Below, in pieces: positions 1 to 9,750 of a DNA stretch of 37,389 nt. A program made the position numbers and the translations under genes. Source of the stretch: Gemmatimonadota bacterium (GTDB lineage: Bacteria; Gemmatimonadota; Gemmatimonadetes; Gemmatimonadales; GWC2-71-9); the NCBI GenBank assembly GCA_039586365.1, contig JBDHKN010000045.1, positions 1 through 37,389 on the forward strand, given 5' to 3'. Under the pieces are notes generated by a model. The model was not told where the DNA came from, did not search any database, and worked only from the letters and a program-made list of their open reading frames with translations. Within the stretch, counting starts at the first letter, position 1. Each line of letters begins with the position of its first letter.

Positions 1-1440
1 GGCGAGCAGAATTCCGAGGTCCGCATCGGGGTTGTCGAAGTATCTTAGGGCAAGACGAGCTGGATCGATCTCGGGTCGGAGAGTGACATCTACGTCCCCC
101 GCATGGACTTCACGGGATCTTCCCGTGAGATCTGGTTCACCAGGTTGAACAGGCATCAGAACCGTCTCGATCTGATGATCGCTGATACCCGGACCGGAGA
201 GTCCCATGTGATAATGACCGACACCGACGATGCGTGGGTGGATAACAATGCTCCACTCTGGATCAAGGGAGGAGACCAGTTTCTTTTCGAGAGTGAGCGT
301 GACGGCTACAACCAGGTGTACCTCTACGATCGCAACGGCACATTGATAGCGAAGGTCACCCCCGAAGGTTGGGATGTATTGGACGTGTACGGTGTGGATG
401 AGAGCTCAGAGACTCTCTACTTCACCGGTGCAGCTGACGGTCCACTGAGAAGACCGCTTTACAGCATTGGATTGGACGGAGGTGACTTCAGGCGTATTTC
501 GTCGCCGAGCGGTTCGCATGACATCCAGTTCAACGCCGACCACTCACTTTATGTCGACACATATTCGACCATCGGAGTCCCCCCTGTTCGGTCTCTGCAC
601 GGGGCAGACGGGCAGATGCTCCGTACACTGTCCGACAATCGGGAATCGATCGACAAAGTGCAGGCTCTGGACCTCGCTGTACCGGAGTTCATCAGGTTGT
701 CAGTTGGGCAGGGTGTCGAGCTGAACGCATACATCATCCGGCCACCGGACTTCGATGTTGGCAGACAATACCCACTACTCATGTACGTGTACGGTGGGCC
801 CGGATCTCAGACTGTACTCGATTCATGGGGCGGGACACGCTATCTGTGGCATCAGATGCTGGCGAAGCAAGGGTATCTGGTAGCGAGCGTCGACAATCGC
901 GGTACCGGCGCTAGGGGTCGGGATTTCAAGAAACAGACGTATCTGAGACTGGGTCAGTTGGAGTCAGCCGACCAGGTATCTGCTGCACGCTACTTCGGGT
1001 CGTTGCCGTTCGTCGACGCAAACAGAATCGGGATTTGGGGCTGGAGCTACGGTGGTTACATGTCGCTGATGGCCACGTTTCTGGGCGAGGGTGTCTTCAA
1101 AGCTGCCCTCTCAGTCGCTCCTGTGACCGATTGGCGCCTCTACGACACCATATACACGGAACGGTACATGCGGACTCCGCTGGAGAACCCACATGGGTAC
1201 CGGGAGGGAGCACCGCTCAATCACGTGGAAAGATTCAGTGGCAATCTCCTAGTTGTGCACGGAACGGGAGATGACAACGTACATTCCCAGAACACCGTCC
1301 AGCTCATTCAGAAACTCGAGGAAGCCCGCAAGCAGTTTGACATGCGTTTGTATCCCAACAAAACACACTCAATTTCAGGTACAAACACGCGGATTAGTCT
1401 TTATGGGCTATTTACGGACTGGATATACAGGAATTTGTAG
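1..1440 (+). CDS. S9B dipeptidyl-peptidase IV family protein, 5'-truncated by the window, in-frame TAG at 46-48
   Basis: GWSYGG nucleophile elbow, HGTGDDNVH and C-terminal His (KTHSI); YGGPGSQ and DNRGTG motifs. Frame 1 upstream of Met103 reads GEQNSEVRIGVVEVS*GKTSWIDLG, which is typical DPP-IV propeller sequence, so the gene starts before the window. Confidence 0.93.
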
Positions 1441-1508
1441 GGCGGCAGGGCGGAATGGCTGCACGAAGGAAAGTGAGATCTCCTGCTGTACAGCCATTCC
1501 GCCGTGGA

Positions 1509-2624
1509 TCAGTACAGATACTTCTCGAATACCGGTTTGAGGACTTCCAGGGCTTCAGCAAGCTCCCTGGTTTCATTCCCATATCCGAATCGTACGAACC
1601 CCGGGAGACCGAAGTGCTCTCCCGGTTCGATCAGGATATCGCATTCATGACGGACCTTCTCTGCTAGGTCCATGGTGTCCGAAACAGGAGTCAACCGCGG
1701 AAAACAGATGGCACCACAGTCCGGTGTCTGCCACACCATCGCATCACCAAAGGTCTCAAGCCAAGAGGACAACACCGGGTAGTTCTCGTTCAGTATCTTC
1801 CTGGTGCGGGACAGAATGTGATCGCGCGCTTGCAGAGTCTTCGTTGCCAAGAAATCGCTCTGTGTTGCCGGGCCGATGACAGTGTAGTCGTGGCGCCTGT
1901 AAACCGCCTGCTTGAAGTCCTCGGGTCCAACCGCCCAGCCTATGCGTAAGCCAGGCAGGCCATATGCCTTTGATAGACCATTTACGACGACGGCACGATC
2001 GTAGCTTCCCCAGAAAGATGGTGTAGTATGCCCATCGAGTTCGGCTCCTTGATAGACTTCATCGGCCAGAAGCCATGCACCCGCCGCTCGAACCCGATCG
2101 ACGATCGCTGAGCGTGCTTCCTCCGAGAGTCGGTGTCCGGTGGGGTTGTTGGGATTCGTAATCACGACCAGCTTGGTGCCAGGCGTAATGACCCTGGAGA
2201 CTTCGTCCAGATCCGGCTCCCAGCCGGCTTCCTCTTCCAGGTCAAAAGTCACCAACTCTGCTCGGAAGTTCTGGGATAGACCCCAGGTCTGCCGGTAAAG
2301 CGGCGCGAGAATTACTACACGGTCACCCGGTTCGAGCAGCGTCCAACACGTGATGAAGTTCGCTTCGCTGCTTCCCACAGTCACGATCACGTTTTCTTCC
2401 GTGGCACCCGGATAGAGTGCCGCGATTTCCCCACGCAGACCATCAGTGCCGTCAGACTGGTTGTAGCCCAGTCGCACCCGCTCGAGGTCGCCAAAGTCGA
2501 TACCCGCCAGATCCACCAATTCCCGCACTGTCAGCGGGTGCACCCCACTTTCTGACAGATTGATGCGCACTCGATTCTCCCAAGTGCACTGCCAGCGCTC
2601 CAACTCGAATGGCACGAATTCCAT
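1509..2624 (-). CDS. Class I/II PLP-dependent aminotransferase
   Basis: NPNNPTG, LADEVY and GLSKAYGLPGLRIGW (PLP Lys) motifs; start set at MEFVPF with AGGAG upstream. Confidence 0.92.
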   Translation of the reverse strand: MEFVPFELERWQCTWENRVRINLSESGVHPLTVRELVDLAGIDFGDLERVRLGYNQSDGTDGLRGEIAALYPGATEENVIVTVGSSEANFITCWTLLEPGDRVVILAPLYRQTWGLSQNFRAELVTFDLEEEAGWEPDLDEVSRVITPGTKLVVITNPNNPTGHRLSEEARSAIVDRVRAAGAWLLADEVYQGAELDGHTTPSFWGSYDRAVVVNGLSKAYGLPGLRIGWAVGPEDFKQAVYRRHDYTVIGPATQSDFLATKTLQARDHILSRTRKILNENYPVLSSWLETFGDAMVWQTPDCGAICFPRLTPVSDTMDLAEKVRHECDILIEPGEHFGLPGFVRFGYGNETRELAEALEVLKPVFEKYLY

Positions 2625-2711
2625 TGTCGCTCCTGAGGTAGACTGGTCACAAAGTACATCGTGGTGCGGCTGATGGCAGGGGGGGACCCGGGCTTGGTGT
2701 GACGGCAGGAA

Positions 2712-2753
2712 CCCCATCCCCCTACTGTTAGCTGCAGGACGTAGGGGGAGGGG
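2712..2753. terminator. GC-rich hairpin, possible terminator downstream of the DUF4097 gene
   Basis: CCCC-A-TCCCCCTAC ... GTAGGGGGA-GGGG inverted repeat; no clear U-tract. Confidence 0.4.
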
Positions 2754-2827
2754 CTACCCGAGGGGTGGGGATGGTGGACTGGCTGAGGTTGGCTGGAACC
2801 CCGCCAGGGCGGACCTGACCGTGGGGA

Positions 2828-3916
2828 CTACCCTCTCCGGATTCTCACGCTCCCCGATCCGGTGTCGATCATGAGCCGGCCCTGGCCATCACCGATGGTC
2901 CCGGTCACGTGGTCGCGGTCCCAGCGGCGCATGGTCAAGGGCAAATCGACTTCTATCCCGCCACTGCCAGTGTCGATTTCCACACTTGAGCCGAAGGAAT
3001 CGGGCACGATGAGCGTAACGCCACCTGACCCGGTGTCAATCTCGATATCGTCAGCATCTTGGAGAAGCTCGAGACTGACTGATCCGCTGCCGGTGTCGAG
3101 CCTGATGCTGGATGCCGTTACTCCATCAACCTCGATCCTGCCTGATCCAGTGTCGATGTCCAGATCTCCGACGCTGATGTCCGATCCCCTTACCGAACCG
3201 GACCCGGTGTCGATCAGGAGTGACGTTCCGTTGACCGTCGTGACCGCCACGCTGCCGGATCCAGTATCGACGTCGACGTCGCCCGCTGCATCACTGACCT
3301 CCACCCTTCCCGAGCCCACATCCACGACCAGTGAGCCACGTGTTCCGCTGGCCCTGACAGGAGCGCTCTGGGTATCCATGCGGATATCACCGTCTACGCC
3401 AGATACCGATGCCTCTCCCACGGCGAGGTAGACCTCGATGTGCTTGCCTGCGGGAACGGAAACCGTCAGATCGGCGTAAGCTTCGAGACCGTCTCCGTCA
3501 CCCGAGATCCGCACACGGTCCCCCCGGTTCCAGCCGCTCCGGTCACCACTGTCGCCGAAAGTCCCGTCGTCCCGCACCCTCACCTCGGTGCGGGAGCGCC
3601 GACCCAGTTCAGGGTACACGATTCGCTCGTCGGGATAGATGACCCTGAGCGCCTCTAAGCCACGGACCGACCCGGTCTCGATTTGCAGGTCCGCCGCGTC
3701 TCGCCCTCCCCGGACGACTTCGACCACCACTGCCGAGCCACCGCCCGCCTGCAGCGTGATCTCACCGGCGAGATTGTAGATGGCAATTTCACTGCCCGAC
3801 AGCTCATATCGTTCCACCTGCTGACTGTGGGCTGCTGCGGTCCCGATCATGGCGAAGCAGGCCGCGAGCGTGATTGTCGTGCCAACGCTGTGCGCTGGCC
3901 CCTCGAGTCTTCTCAT
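2828..3916 (-). CDS. Secreted DUF4097/putative-adhesin beta-strand repeat protein
   Basis: Signal peptide (AAAHSQ); seven DTGSG repeats plus DVGSG and DTQSA variants, mostly ~19-21 aa apart; GAGGAG RBS. Confidence 0.85.
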   Translation of the reverse strand: MRRLEGPAHSVGTTITLAACFAMIGTAAAHSQQVERYELSGSEIAIYNLAGEITLQAGGGSAVVVEVVRGGRDAADLQIETGSVRGLEALRVIYPDERIVYPELGRRSRTEVRVRDDGTFGDSGDRSGWNRGDRVRISGDGDGLEAYADLTVSVPAGKHIEVYLAVGEASVSGVDGDIRMDTQSAPVRASGTRGSLVVDVGSGRVEVSDAAGDVDVDTGSGSVAVTTVNGTSLLIDTGSGSVRGSDISVGDLDIDTGSGRIEVDGVTASSIRLDTGSGSVSLELLQDADDIEIDTGSGGVTLIVPDSFGSSVEIDTGSGGIEVDLPLTMRRWDRDHVTGTIGDGQGRLMIDTGSGSVRIRRG

Positions 3917-3966
3917 GGAAACCAGTCTCCTCTGCAGTTATCGACGTGGCCATTTGCTGCTATTTG

Positions 3967-3993
3967 GATACGCCGGTGCCGTGAAACGTTGAA
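3967..3993 (-). promoter_or_regulatory. Putative ECF-sigma promoter of the DUF4097 gene
   Basis: Minus strand TTCAAC-N15-CGTATC about 50 nt upstream of the start. Confidence 0.4.
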
Positions 3994-4099
3994 TCCGCTC
4001 TGCACCGCTACCTGCTTGTCTCTACGTTCGGTCCGGCACGATCGTTTCGCAGCGCGGCCGGAGGGTTGGTGCTATGGTGGGTGGGCGGGGTGCGAGAGC

Positions 4100-4747
4100 T
4101 CAGGTGTTGAGGAACCGCGTTATCTCGGCAGGTGAGTTGAGCCAGTAATCTGGCGAGTGAGCCTCGAGATGTCCTCGGTTGAACGGACCCCAGAGGGCTG
4201 CTGCCGTGAGAACACCGGCTGCGCGTCCGGAGGCCATGTCATGTGGGGAATCTCCAACAAACACGGCCTGCCGCGCGTCGCCGTTGAGCGACTCCAGAGC
4301 CTTGAGTACCGGCTCCGGATCCGGCTTGTAGCGTGTCACGTCATCTACCGAGATCAGAACGTCAAACAGGTGCTCCAGACCGCAGACACTGAGGCCCCGG
4401 TGGAGTCCGGTGCGGGCCTTGCTGGTCACGACACCGAGGGCCATGCCACCAGCCTTCAAGGCGGAGACGGCGGCGGGGATCCCTGGAAACGGGCGGACCA
4501 TGTGGTCATGGTGGGCGAGATTGAACTCGCGATAGGTTTCCACCATCCGCTCGATCTCTGCGAGATCGTCAGTGGCGACCCGGAATTGTACCCTCAGCGG
4601 TGTACCGAGTCCGGCCAGCCACACATCGTCTGGTGGCACCGCGCCATGGTGCTCGAGGAGAGTATGCCGATATGACTCGAGGATCAGCTCTGTGGAGTCT
4701 ATCAGCGTGCCGTCGAGGTCGAACAGGCAGATATCGATCTCAGTCAT
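4100..4747 (-). CDS. HAD-IA hydrolase (PpaX / phosphoglycolate phosphatase-like)
   Basis: FDLDGTLIDS motif I, VVTSK motif II, KPDP and VGDSPHD motifs III/IV. Confidence 0.92.
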   Translation of the reverse strand: MTEIDICLFDLDGTLIDSTELILESYRHTLLEHHGAVPPDDVWLAGLGTPLRVQFRVATDDLAEIERMVETYREFNLAHHDHMVRPFPGIPAAVSALKAGGMALGVVTSKARTGLHRGLSVCGLEHLFDVLISVDDVTRYKPDPEPVLKALESLNGDARQAVFVGDSPHDMASGRAAGVLTAAALWGPFNRGHLEAHSPDYWLNSPAEITRFLNT

Positions 4748-4920
4748 GAGGTGGTGAAGGATAACGGACTAACCGCGAGAAAGGCAGCGCCACCCCGACC
4801 GGCACATGAGGCAGCCTGCTGACCGATCTCCAGAGGGGACCTCAAGGCATCTGGGTCAATACCGACTATATTGCAAGGTTCAACGTGAAAGGCATTCTAT
4901 GCGTAGTAAAGACTGGTCAC

Positions 4921-7644
4921 ATGTACCATAGATCCTTGAGAATCCCGAGCATCCTGTTGCTCTTTCCTGGATACCTCGTCGCACAGGATCCGCCGGACCT
5001 GGCTGTGTCTGGGACCGCCGCGGAGCCTCCCGAGGAGTCGGTTCCTGGCGAGGTTCGTGCGGTGCGCTTCCAGGCCGCAGCACCGGAGATCGATGGACGT
5101 CTGGACGATGATGCCTGGATTGACGCACCGGCGCTGACGGGACTGCTCCAGAAGGATCCGGTCGAAGGTGCCGCGCCGAGTGAGTCCACTGAGGTGCGGT
5201 TCGTCTACGACGACCGAGCTCTCTACGTTGGATTCCGTGCTTTTGACCGCGAGCCGGACCGCATCTACGGCCGCTTGGTGCGCCGTGACCAACGTGCCAC
5301 GACAGATGGATTCTCCTTGTTCATTGATTCGTATTACGACCACCGTACATCATACGAGTTCACCTTCAATCCTTCTGGTGCACGGCGGGACGTCTTCATC
5401 TACAACGACGGTGGCGGCCGGGATGAATCCTGGGACCCGGTGTACGACTGGGCGACGAAGACGGATTCGCTGGGGTGGGTGGTCGAGATGCGGCTGCCGT
5501 TCTCGCAGCTACGGTTTCCCGCCGGGGACTCAGTCGTGTTCGGTGTTCGCGTCAGAAGAACCATAAACCGGCGGGCCGAAGACCTGAATTGGCCGTTCTT
5601 CAAGCGCGACCAGGTGGGTGAGGCCTCACAGTACGCGGACCTTACCGGACTGGTGGACATACCACGACCGCGACGCATCGAGCTGCTTCCGTATGTAGCG
5701 GGGAGCGCCCGTTTTGAGCCTGAGGAGGTCGGGAATCCCTTCCAAACTGGCACAGCGTCCGACTACAGGGTTGGGGGGGATCTCAAAGTAGGCGTGACGA
5801 GTGGCCTGACCCTCGATCTGACGGTAAATCCTGACTTCGGCCAGGTGGAAGCAGATGCAGCAGTAGTCAATCTGTCGGAGTTTGAGTCCTTCTTCCCCGA
5901 GAAACGCCCGTTCTTCGTCGAAGGCACGGACTTGTTTCGATTCGGAATCGGACCCAGCACGCGTGGGTTCGGTGGTGGTGGTGCTGGTGGCGGCGGTGGA
6001 GGGGGAGGGGGAGGGGGACGCGGACAAGAAGGTCTGGTCTTCACACGCCGTATCGGCCGGGCGCCACAAGTCTCACCGCTCGACGCAGGTGGCTACGGCG
6101 AGTCCCTGAATCAGACGACGATCCTCAATGCCAGCAAACTGAGCGGGCAGGTCTCGGGTGGTTGGGCCTTCGGTGTGCTGCAGGCGGTTACGGCACAAGA
6201 GCACGCCCGAATAGTCGATTCTCTCGGTGTGGCTGGCGAGTCCTCCGTGGAACCGTTGACGAGCTACACCGTGGTGAGGGGGCAGCGCAACGTGAACCGG
6301 GGGCGGGTCGTATATGGTACCATGGGCACGGCCACTGTGCGGCGCTTGAATGAGCCACGCTTTGAGTCACTACATGACCGCGCCTTTTCTGGGGGAGCGG
6401 ACGTGTACTTCAGGTTCGGCAACGATCGCTACGAGTTGAGCAGCGCCATCATGGGATCGAGGGTGGAGGGTACGGCGGAAGCACTTCTCGAGACGCAGAC
6501 CAGATCAGCCCGCTACTTCCAGCGTCCCGACCAGACCCATTCTACCCTCGATTCCTCCCGTACGGGACTCGGTGGATACGCCGGGAACCTGCGCATCGCC
6601 AAAGTCACAGGATTCATCACGTGGGAGGGACGGCTGGTGACGAGGAGTCCAGGTTTCGAGACCAACGACTTGGGGTACCTGCGCCGCGCCGACCTCCATG
6701 AACAGCGGGCCGAAGTGGAACTCCGCTGGCTCAAGCCGGGTCGTGTTTTCCGCCGATTCACTTGGCAGGTAGAGCAGAACGCACAGTTCACGTACGGTTG
6801 GGAGAGGACCCAGGCTGAAGTCCAGACTCAGGTGAGCGGGGATCTACGCAACTACTGGAATCTGAGCCTAACAGCACAGCGAAGTTTCCCGAGCGACAAC
6901 GCCACGCTGCTCCGGGGCGGACCGGCGTTCCGCGAACCAGGGAACTGGAGAACTTCGCTACGGTGGCGCAGCGATTTCCGCCGTCCTGTCTGGCTCAATG
7001 CAAACGCTACCTATGAAACGGAGCAACACAGTGAAGCCGACTCATGGAGTGGTAGCGCTGGCTTCCGGTGGGCCCCGCCAGCTCCCTTTTCGTTGAATCT
7101 GAACGCGCGGGCCAGGTGGGAAACCACGGACCGTCAATACCTGATGACACAGACGCCAGCTGATTCCTCGTATTACGTGTTCGGCCGACTCGAGCGTCAG
7201 GAGCTGTCCACTACCCTGAGAATTGACCTGGCCGTTACCCCGCGGCTCTCACTCGAGCTCTACGCCGAGCCCTTCGTTTCTCGAGGGTCCTACCAGTCAC
7301 TCAAACTGGTGGACGATCCCAAAGCTGCCGACTATGCGGGAAGGTTTGACCAACTGGACCAGGACAGACTCACCAGGCCAGGCAACGGTGAGGACATCGA
7401 GGTGGACGTGGACCGGGATGGAGAAGTGGACTTCTCGTTCGAGGAGCCGGATTTCCGCGTGGTCTCACTCCGCACAAACGCTGTGCTGAGGTGGGAGTTC
7501 AGGCCTGGGTCGACTCTGTTCCTGGTGTGGCAACAGAGTCGCTACGACAGGGTCAATGATCGAAATCTGAGCCTCACTGACGCCCTGACAGCTGAAGGCA
7601 CTCAGAACCTGATGATCAAGATCGCTTATTGGCTGGGGGCGTAG
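4921..7644 (+). CDS. DUF5916 / carbohydrate-binding family 9-like outer-membrane protein
   Basis: PEIDGRLDDDAW, NPDFGQVEAD, EKRPFF and WEFRPGSTLFLVW motifs; signal peptide from ATG 4921 (alternative GTG 4885); C-terminal aromatic strand KIAYW. Confidence 0.85.
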   Translation: MYHRSLRIPSILLLFPGYLVAQDPPDLAVSGTAAEPPEESVPGEVRAVRFQAAAPEIDGRLDDDAWIDAPALTGLLQKDPVEGAAPSESTEVRFVYDDRALYVGFRAFDREPDRIYGRLVRRDQRATTDGFSLFIDSYYDHRTSYEFTFNPSGARRDVFIYNDGGGRDESWDPVYDWATKTDSLGWVVEMRLPFSQLRFPAGDSVVFGVRVRRTINRRAEDLNWPFFKRDQVGEASQYADLTGLVDIPRPRRIELLPYVAGSARFEPEEVGNPFQTGTASDYRVGGDLKVGVTSGLTLDLTVNPDFGQVEADAAVVNLSEFESFFPEKRPFFVEGTDLFRFGIGPSTRGFGGGGAGGGGGGGGGGGRGQEGLVFTRRIGRAPQVSPLDAGGYGESLNQTTILNASKLSGQVSGGWAFGVLQAVTAQEHARIVDSLGVAGESSVEPLTSYTVVRGQRNVNRGRVVYGTMGTATVRRLNEPRFESLHDRAFSGGADVYFRFGNDRYELSSAIMGSRVEGTAEALLETQTRSARYFQRPDQTHSTLDSSRTGLGGYAGNLRIAKVTGFITWEGRLVTRSPGFETNDLGYLRRADLHEQRAEVELRWLKPGRVFRRFTWQVEQNAQFTYGWERTQAEVQTQVSGDLRNYWNLSLTAQRSFPSDNATLLRGGPAFREPGNWRTSLRWRSDFRRPVWLNANATYETEQHSEADSWSGSAGFRWAPPAPFSLNLNARARWETTDRQYLMTQTPADSSYYVFGRLERQELSTTLRIDLAVTPRLSLELYAEPFVSRGSYQSLKLVDDPKAADYAGRFDQLDQDRLTRPGNGEDIEVDVDRDGEVDFSFEEPDFRVVSLRTNAVLRWEFRPGSTLFLVWQQSRYDRVNDRNLSLTDALTAEGTQNLMIKIAYWLGA
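5971..6018 (+). repeat. Poly-glycine coding tract ((GGT)4 ... (GGGGGA)3)
   Basis: Encodes GGGGAGGGGGGGGGGG, 15 Gly in 16 residues. Confidence 0.9.
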
Positions 7645-7755
7645 TACCGGAGTCACGCTGGCGCTGACGTCAACGGTCTCCGGTGAAGGGTGGGGAGGTG
7701 TACTTTGGAGATCGGGCGGGTTTGCGCGTGGGATTGTGAAGAGCGCGGACATCGG

Positions 7756-7778
7756 GCGGGGCGCAATTGGCGCCCCGC
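7756..7778. terminator. Hairpin between convergent genes
   Basis: GCGGGGCGC-AATTG-GCGCCCCGC perfect 9-bp stem; a second hairpin ACCGGAG...CTCCGGT lies right after the DUF5916 stop. Confidence 0.6.
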
Positions 7779-7792
7779 TGTTGGTTCGTCTG

Positions 7793-8395
7793 CTATTCTT
7801 GCAGTGGCCGGCCGCGGCGTAACGGACGCCCTGGACGGGCAGGACGCATGGGCCGCATTCTGTCGTGTCTGCGCAGCTCATAGGGTGACAGTCGGCGTCT
7901 ATCCATGCGGCCGCGCTGAATTCCCACACGGCCTCTCGTTCCAGTGGCCCGCCGGGCCAGCCGGCGTCCTGCGCTCTGACGCTGTGCGGGAGTCAGTATC
8001 GCCGCACCCGCGACCCGCAATTGGTCCAACGCAGGCCGTAGCTCTTCACCCGGATAGTTGTACTTCTCACCGATCCGCTGTATTGCTGCTCGGGTGGGTC
8101 GCTGGTCCTCAGTTGTCAGGGACTGGATCTCCTCCTGCATGTTGTTCCAGCGGTCGAGTGCTTCGGCGTTGTCTCGGCGGAACTGCGCCGCAAGCTCTTC
8201 AAATTGGCCCCGCTGCTCATCCGTGAGTTGGAACCACGCTGCCAAACTGTCGATACCACCTTCATGAAGCGCCCAGTTGCCCTGGCCGATTCCTGTGAAT
8301 CCCCTGGACCAGCCCAGGCCACGCTGGGCTGCTGCCGGTAAAGCCACGACGGCAGCAAGCATCAAGGTCACCGTAGTCAATCGTAGCACTTTCAT
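7793..8395 (-). CDS. Periplasmic Spy/CpxP-like helical protein with Arg-rich tail
   Basis: Signal peptide MKVLRL...PAAAQ; two LTxxQ motifs (LTDEQR, LTPAQR) flanking helical segments. Confidence 0.6.
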   Translation of the reverse strand: MKVLRLTTVTLMLAAVVALPAAAQRGLGWSRGFTGIGQGNWALHEGGIDSLAAWFQLTDEQRGQFEELAAQFRRDNAEALDRWNNMQEEIQSLTTEDQRPTRAAIQRIGEKYNYPGEELRPALDQLRVAGAAILTPAQRQSAGRRLARRATGTRGRVGIQRGRMDRRRLSPYELRRHDRMRPMRPARPGRPLRRGRPLQE

Positions 8396-8439
8396 CGTTT
8401 CCCCCTGCCCATCCCGTGGGCTCTCTGCATTCACGAGGA

Positions 8440-8467
8440 TAGACGTTGAACATGGAATAATGTTAAT
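8440..8467 (-). promoter_or_regulatory. Putative ECF-sigma promoter of the Spy/CpxP-like gene
   Basis: Minus strand ATTAAC-N16-CGTCTA, AT-rich spacer, about 45 nt upstream of ATG. Confidence 0.55.
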
Positions 8468-8538
8468 GGCTTGGGGCGGCTGGGCAGAAGGGTAGTCAAA
8501 CGAGATCGGCAAGGGCAGAAGTTATCCGGGGAGCCGTA

Positions 8539-9630
8539 CTATACCGGTAGGAAGAAGAATGCCACGGCGACGATGGCGTAGACGGCGAGCAACTGGACTC
8601 CTTCCATCCAGTGGGTCTCGCCGTCCTGTGCGATGTTCTGCATGATCACCACAGAAACCGCCACAGCCACGACCTCCATCGCGGTGAATCGGAGATCCAT
8701 GGGGGATGGTCCGATGAAGTAGCTCAAGAAGACCAGGGCTGGCGCAACGAATAGGGCAACTTGCAGCGAGGACCCAATCGCGATGTTCACACATAGGTCC
8801 ATTTTGTTCCTGAGTGCCACGAGAATCGCTGCCGAATGCTCGGCGGCGTTACCGATCATGGCCACGAGGATCACTCCGATGAAGACCTGATTCAGGCCCA
8901 TTACTTCGGTGGCGTGTTCCACCGAGCCGACCAGCAGCTCACTCATGACAGCCACGAGTGCGGCTGCAATCAAGAGGACCAGCACAGCGCGGCGCCGCGG
9001 CCAAAGGTCACCGTGTATGGTGTCGTCTCCAGCGGTTTCATTCGTTGGTCTGTAGAGATGCGAGTGGGTTCCCAACGAGAAGACCAGTGACAGGAGATAT
9101 GTCGCAATCAGCACGACGGCGATGAAGAGGCTCATCGTCTGTTCGCTCGCTGCCACGCGCGCGCCAACGAGCATATGAAAAATGGCCGGAACCACCAACG
9201 CGATCACTCCGAGCAACAGCATTGTGCCGCCCAAGCTCGCAGCAGTGCGGTTGAAACGTTGAGTCTTGAACTTGAGGCCACCGAGGAGAGCGGAGAGCCC
9301 GAATACGAGAAGGACATTGCCAATGATCGATCCAGTGATCGATGCCTTCACCAGATCGTACAGACCAGCACGCAGCGCTACGACTGCAATGATCAACTCA
9401 GCTGCATTGCCAAAAGTCGCATTGAGCAGGCCTCCCAACCCGGCACCAACATGCTCCGCAAGGTGTTCCGTCGCTCTGCCGATCAATCCAGCCAGCGGAA
9501 TTACCGCAAGCGCCGATGAGACGAACACCCAAGTGTCTCCCGCGTGCACCACGAACTCCATTGTGAGCGCAACGGGAACAAGGACCAGCAGGAGCAGAAC
9601 GATGTTCTCAGCTGAGATGACTCGCTTCAC
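8539..9630 (-). CDS. cax: Calcium/proton exchanger (CaCA family, CAX/ChaA type)
   Basis: Alpha-repeats GNAAE (NATFGNAAELI and MIGNAAEH), GSIIGN, GSSLQVALFVAP; many hydrophobic helices; start GTG 9630 is approximate. Confidence 0.93.
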   Translation of the reverse strand: MKRVISAENIVLLLLVLVPVALTMEFVVHAGDTWVFVSSALAVIPLAGLIGRATEHLAEHVGAGLGGLLNATFGNAAELIIAVVALRAGLYDLVKASITGSIIGNVLLVFGLSALLGGLKFKTQRFNRTAASLGGTMLLLGVIALVVPAIFHMLVGARVAASEQTMSLFIAVVLIATYLLSLVFSLGTHSHLYRPTNETAGDDTIHGDLWPRRRAVLVLLIAAALVAVMSELLVGSVEHATEVMGLNQVFIGVILVAMIGNAAEHSAAILVALRNKMDLCVNIAIGSSLQVALFVAPALVFLSYFIGPSPMDLRFTAMEVVAVAVSVVIMQNIAQDGETHWMEGVQLLAVYAIVAVAFFFLPV

Positions 9631-9750
9631 GGCCTCGGCCTTGGATTGAAGACATGACAGGTTACGGCCCAGCGCTCCAGGTGGCAATTCGGGATTCCGA
9701 GAGCACAGCACCTATACGCGCGGTGCAAGGCCGTACAGGGCCCCCTTGTG

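Noticed and set aside
2862..3431. Long antisense ORFs (this one, 21330-22157, 13646-14176, 33739-34392 and others)
   Set aside because: Shadow frames of well-supported genes in GC-rich DNA, with no motifs or RBS.
6001..6017. G-quadruplex in the poly-Gly tract
   Set aside because: Only three long G runs, and these are explained by Gly codons.
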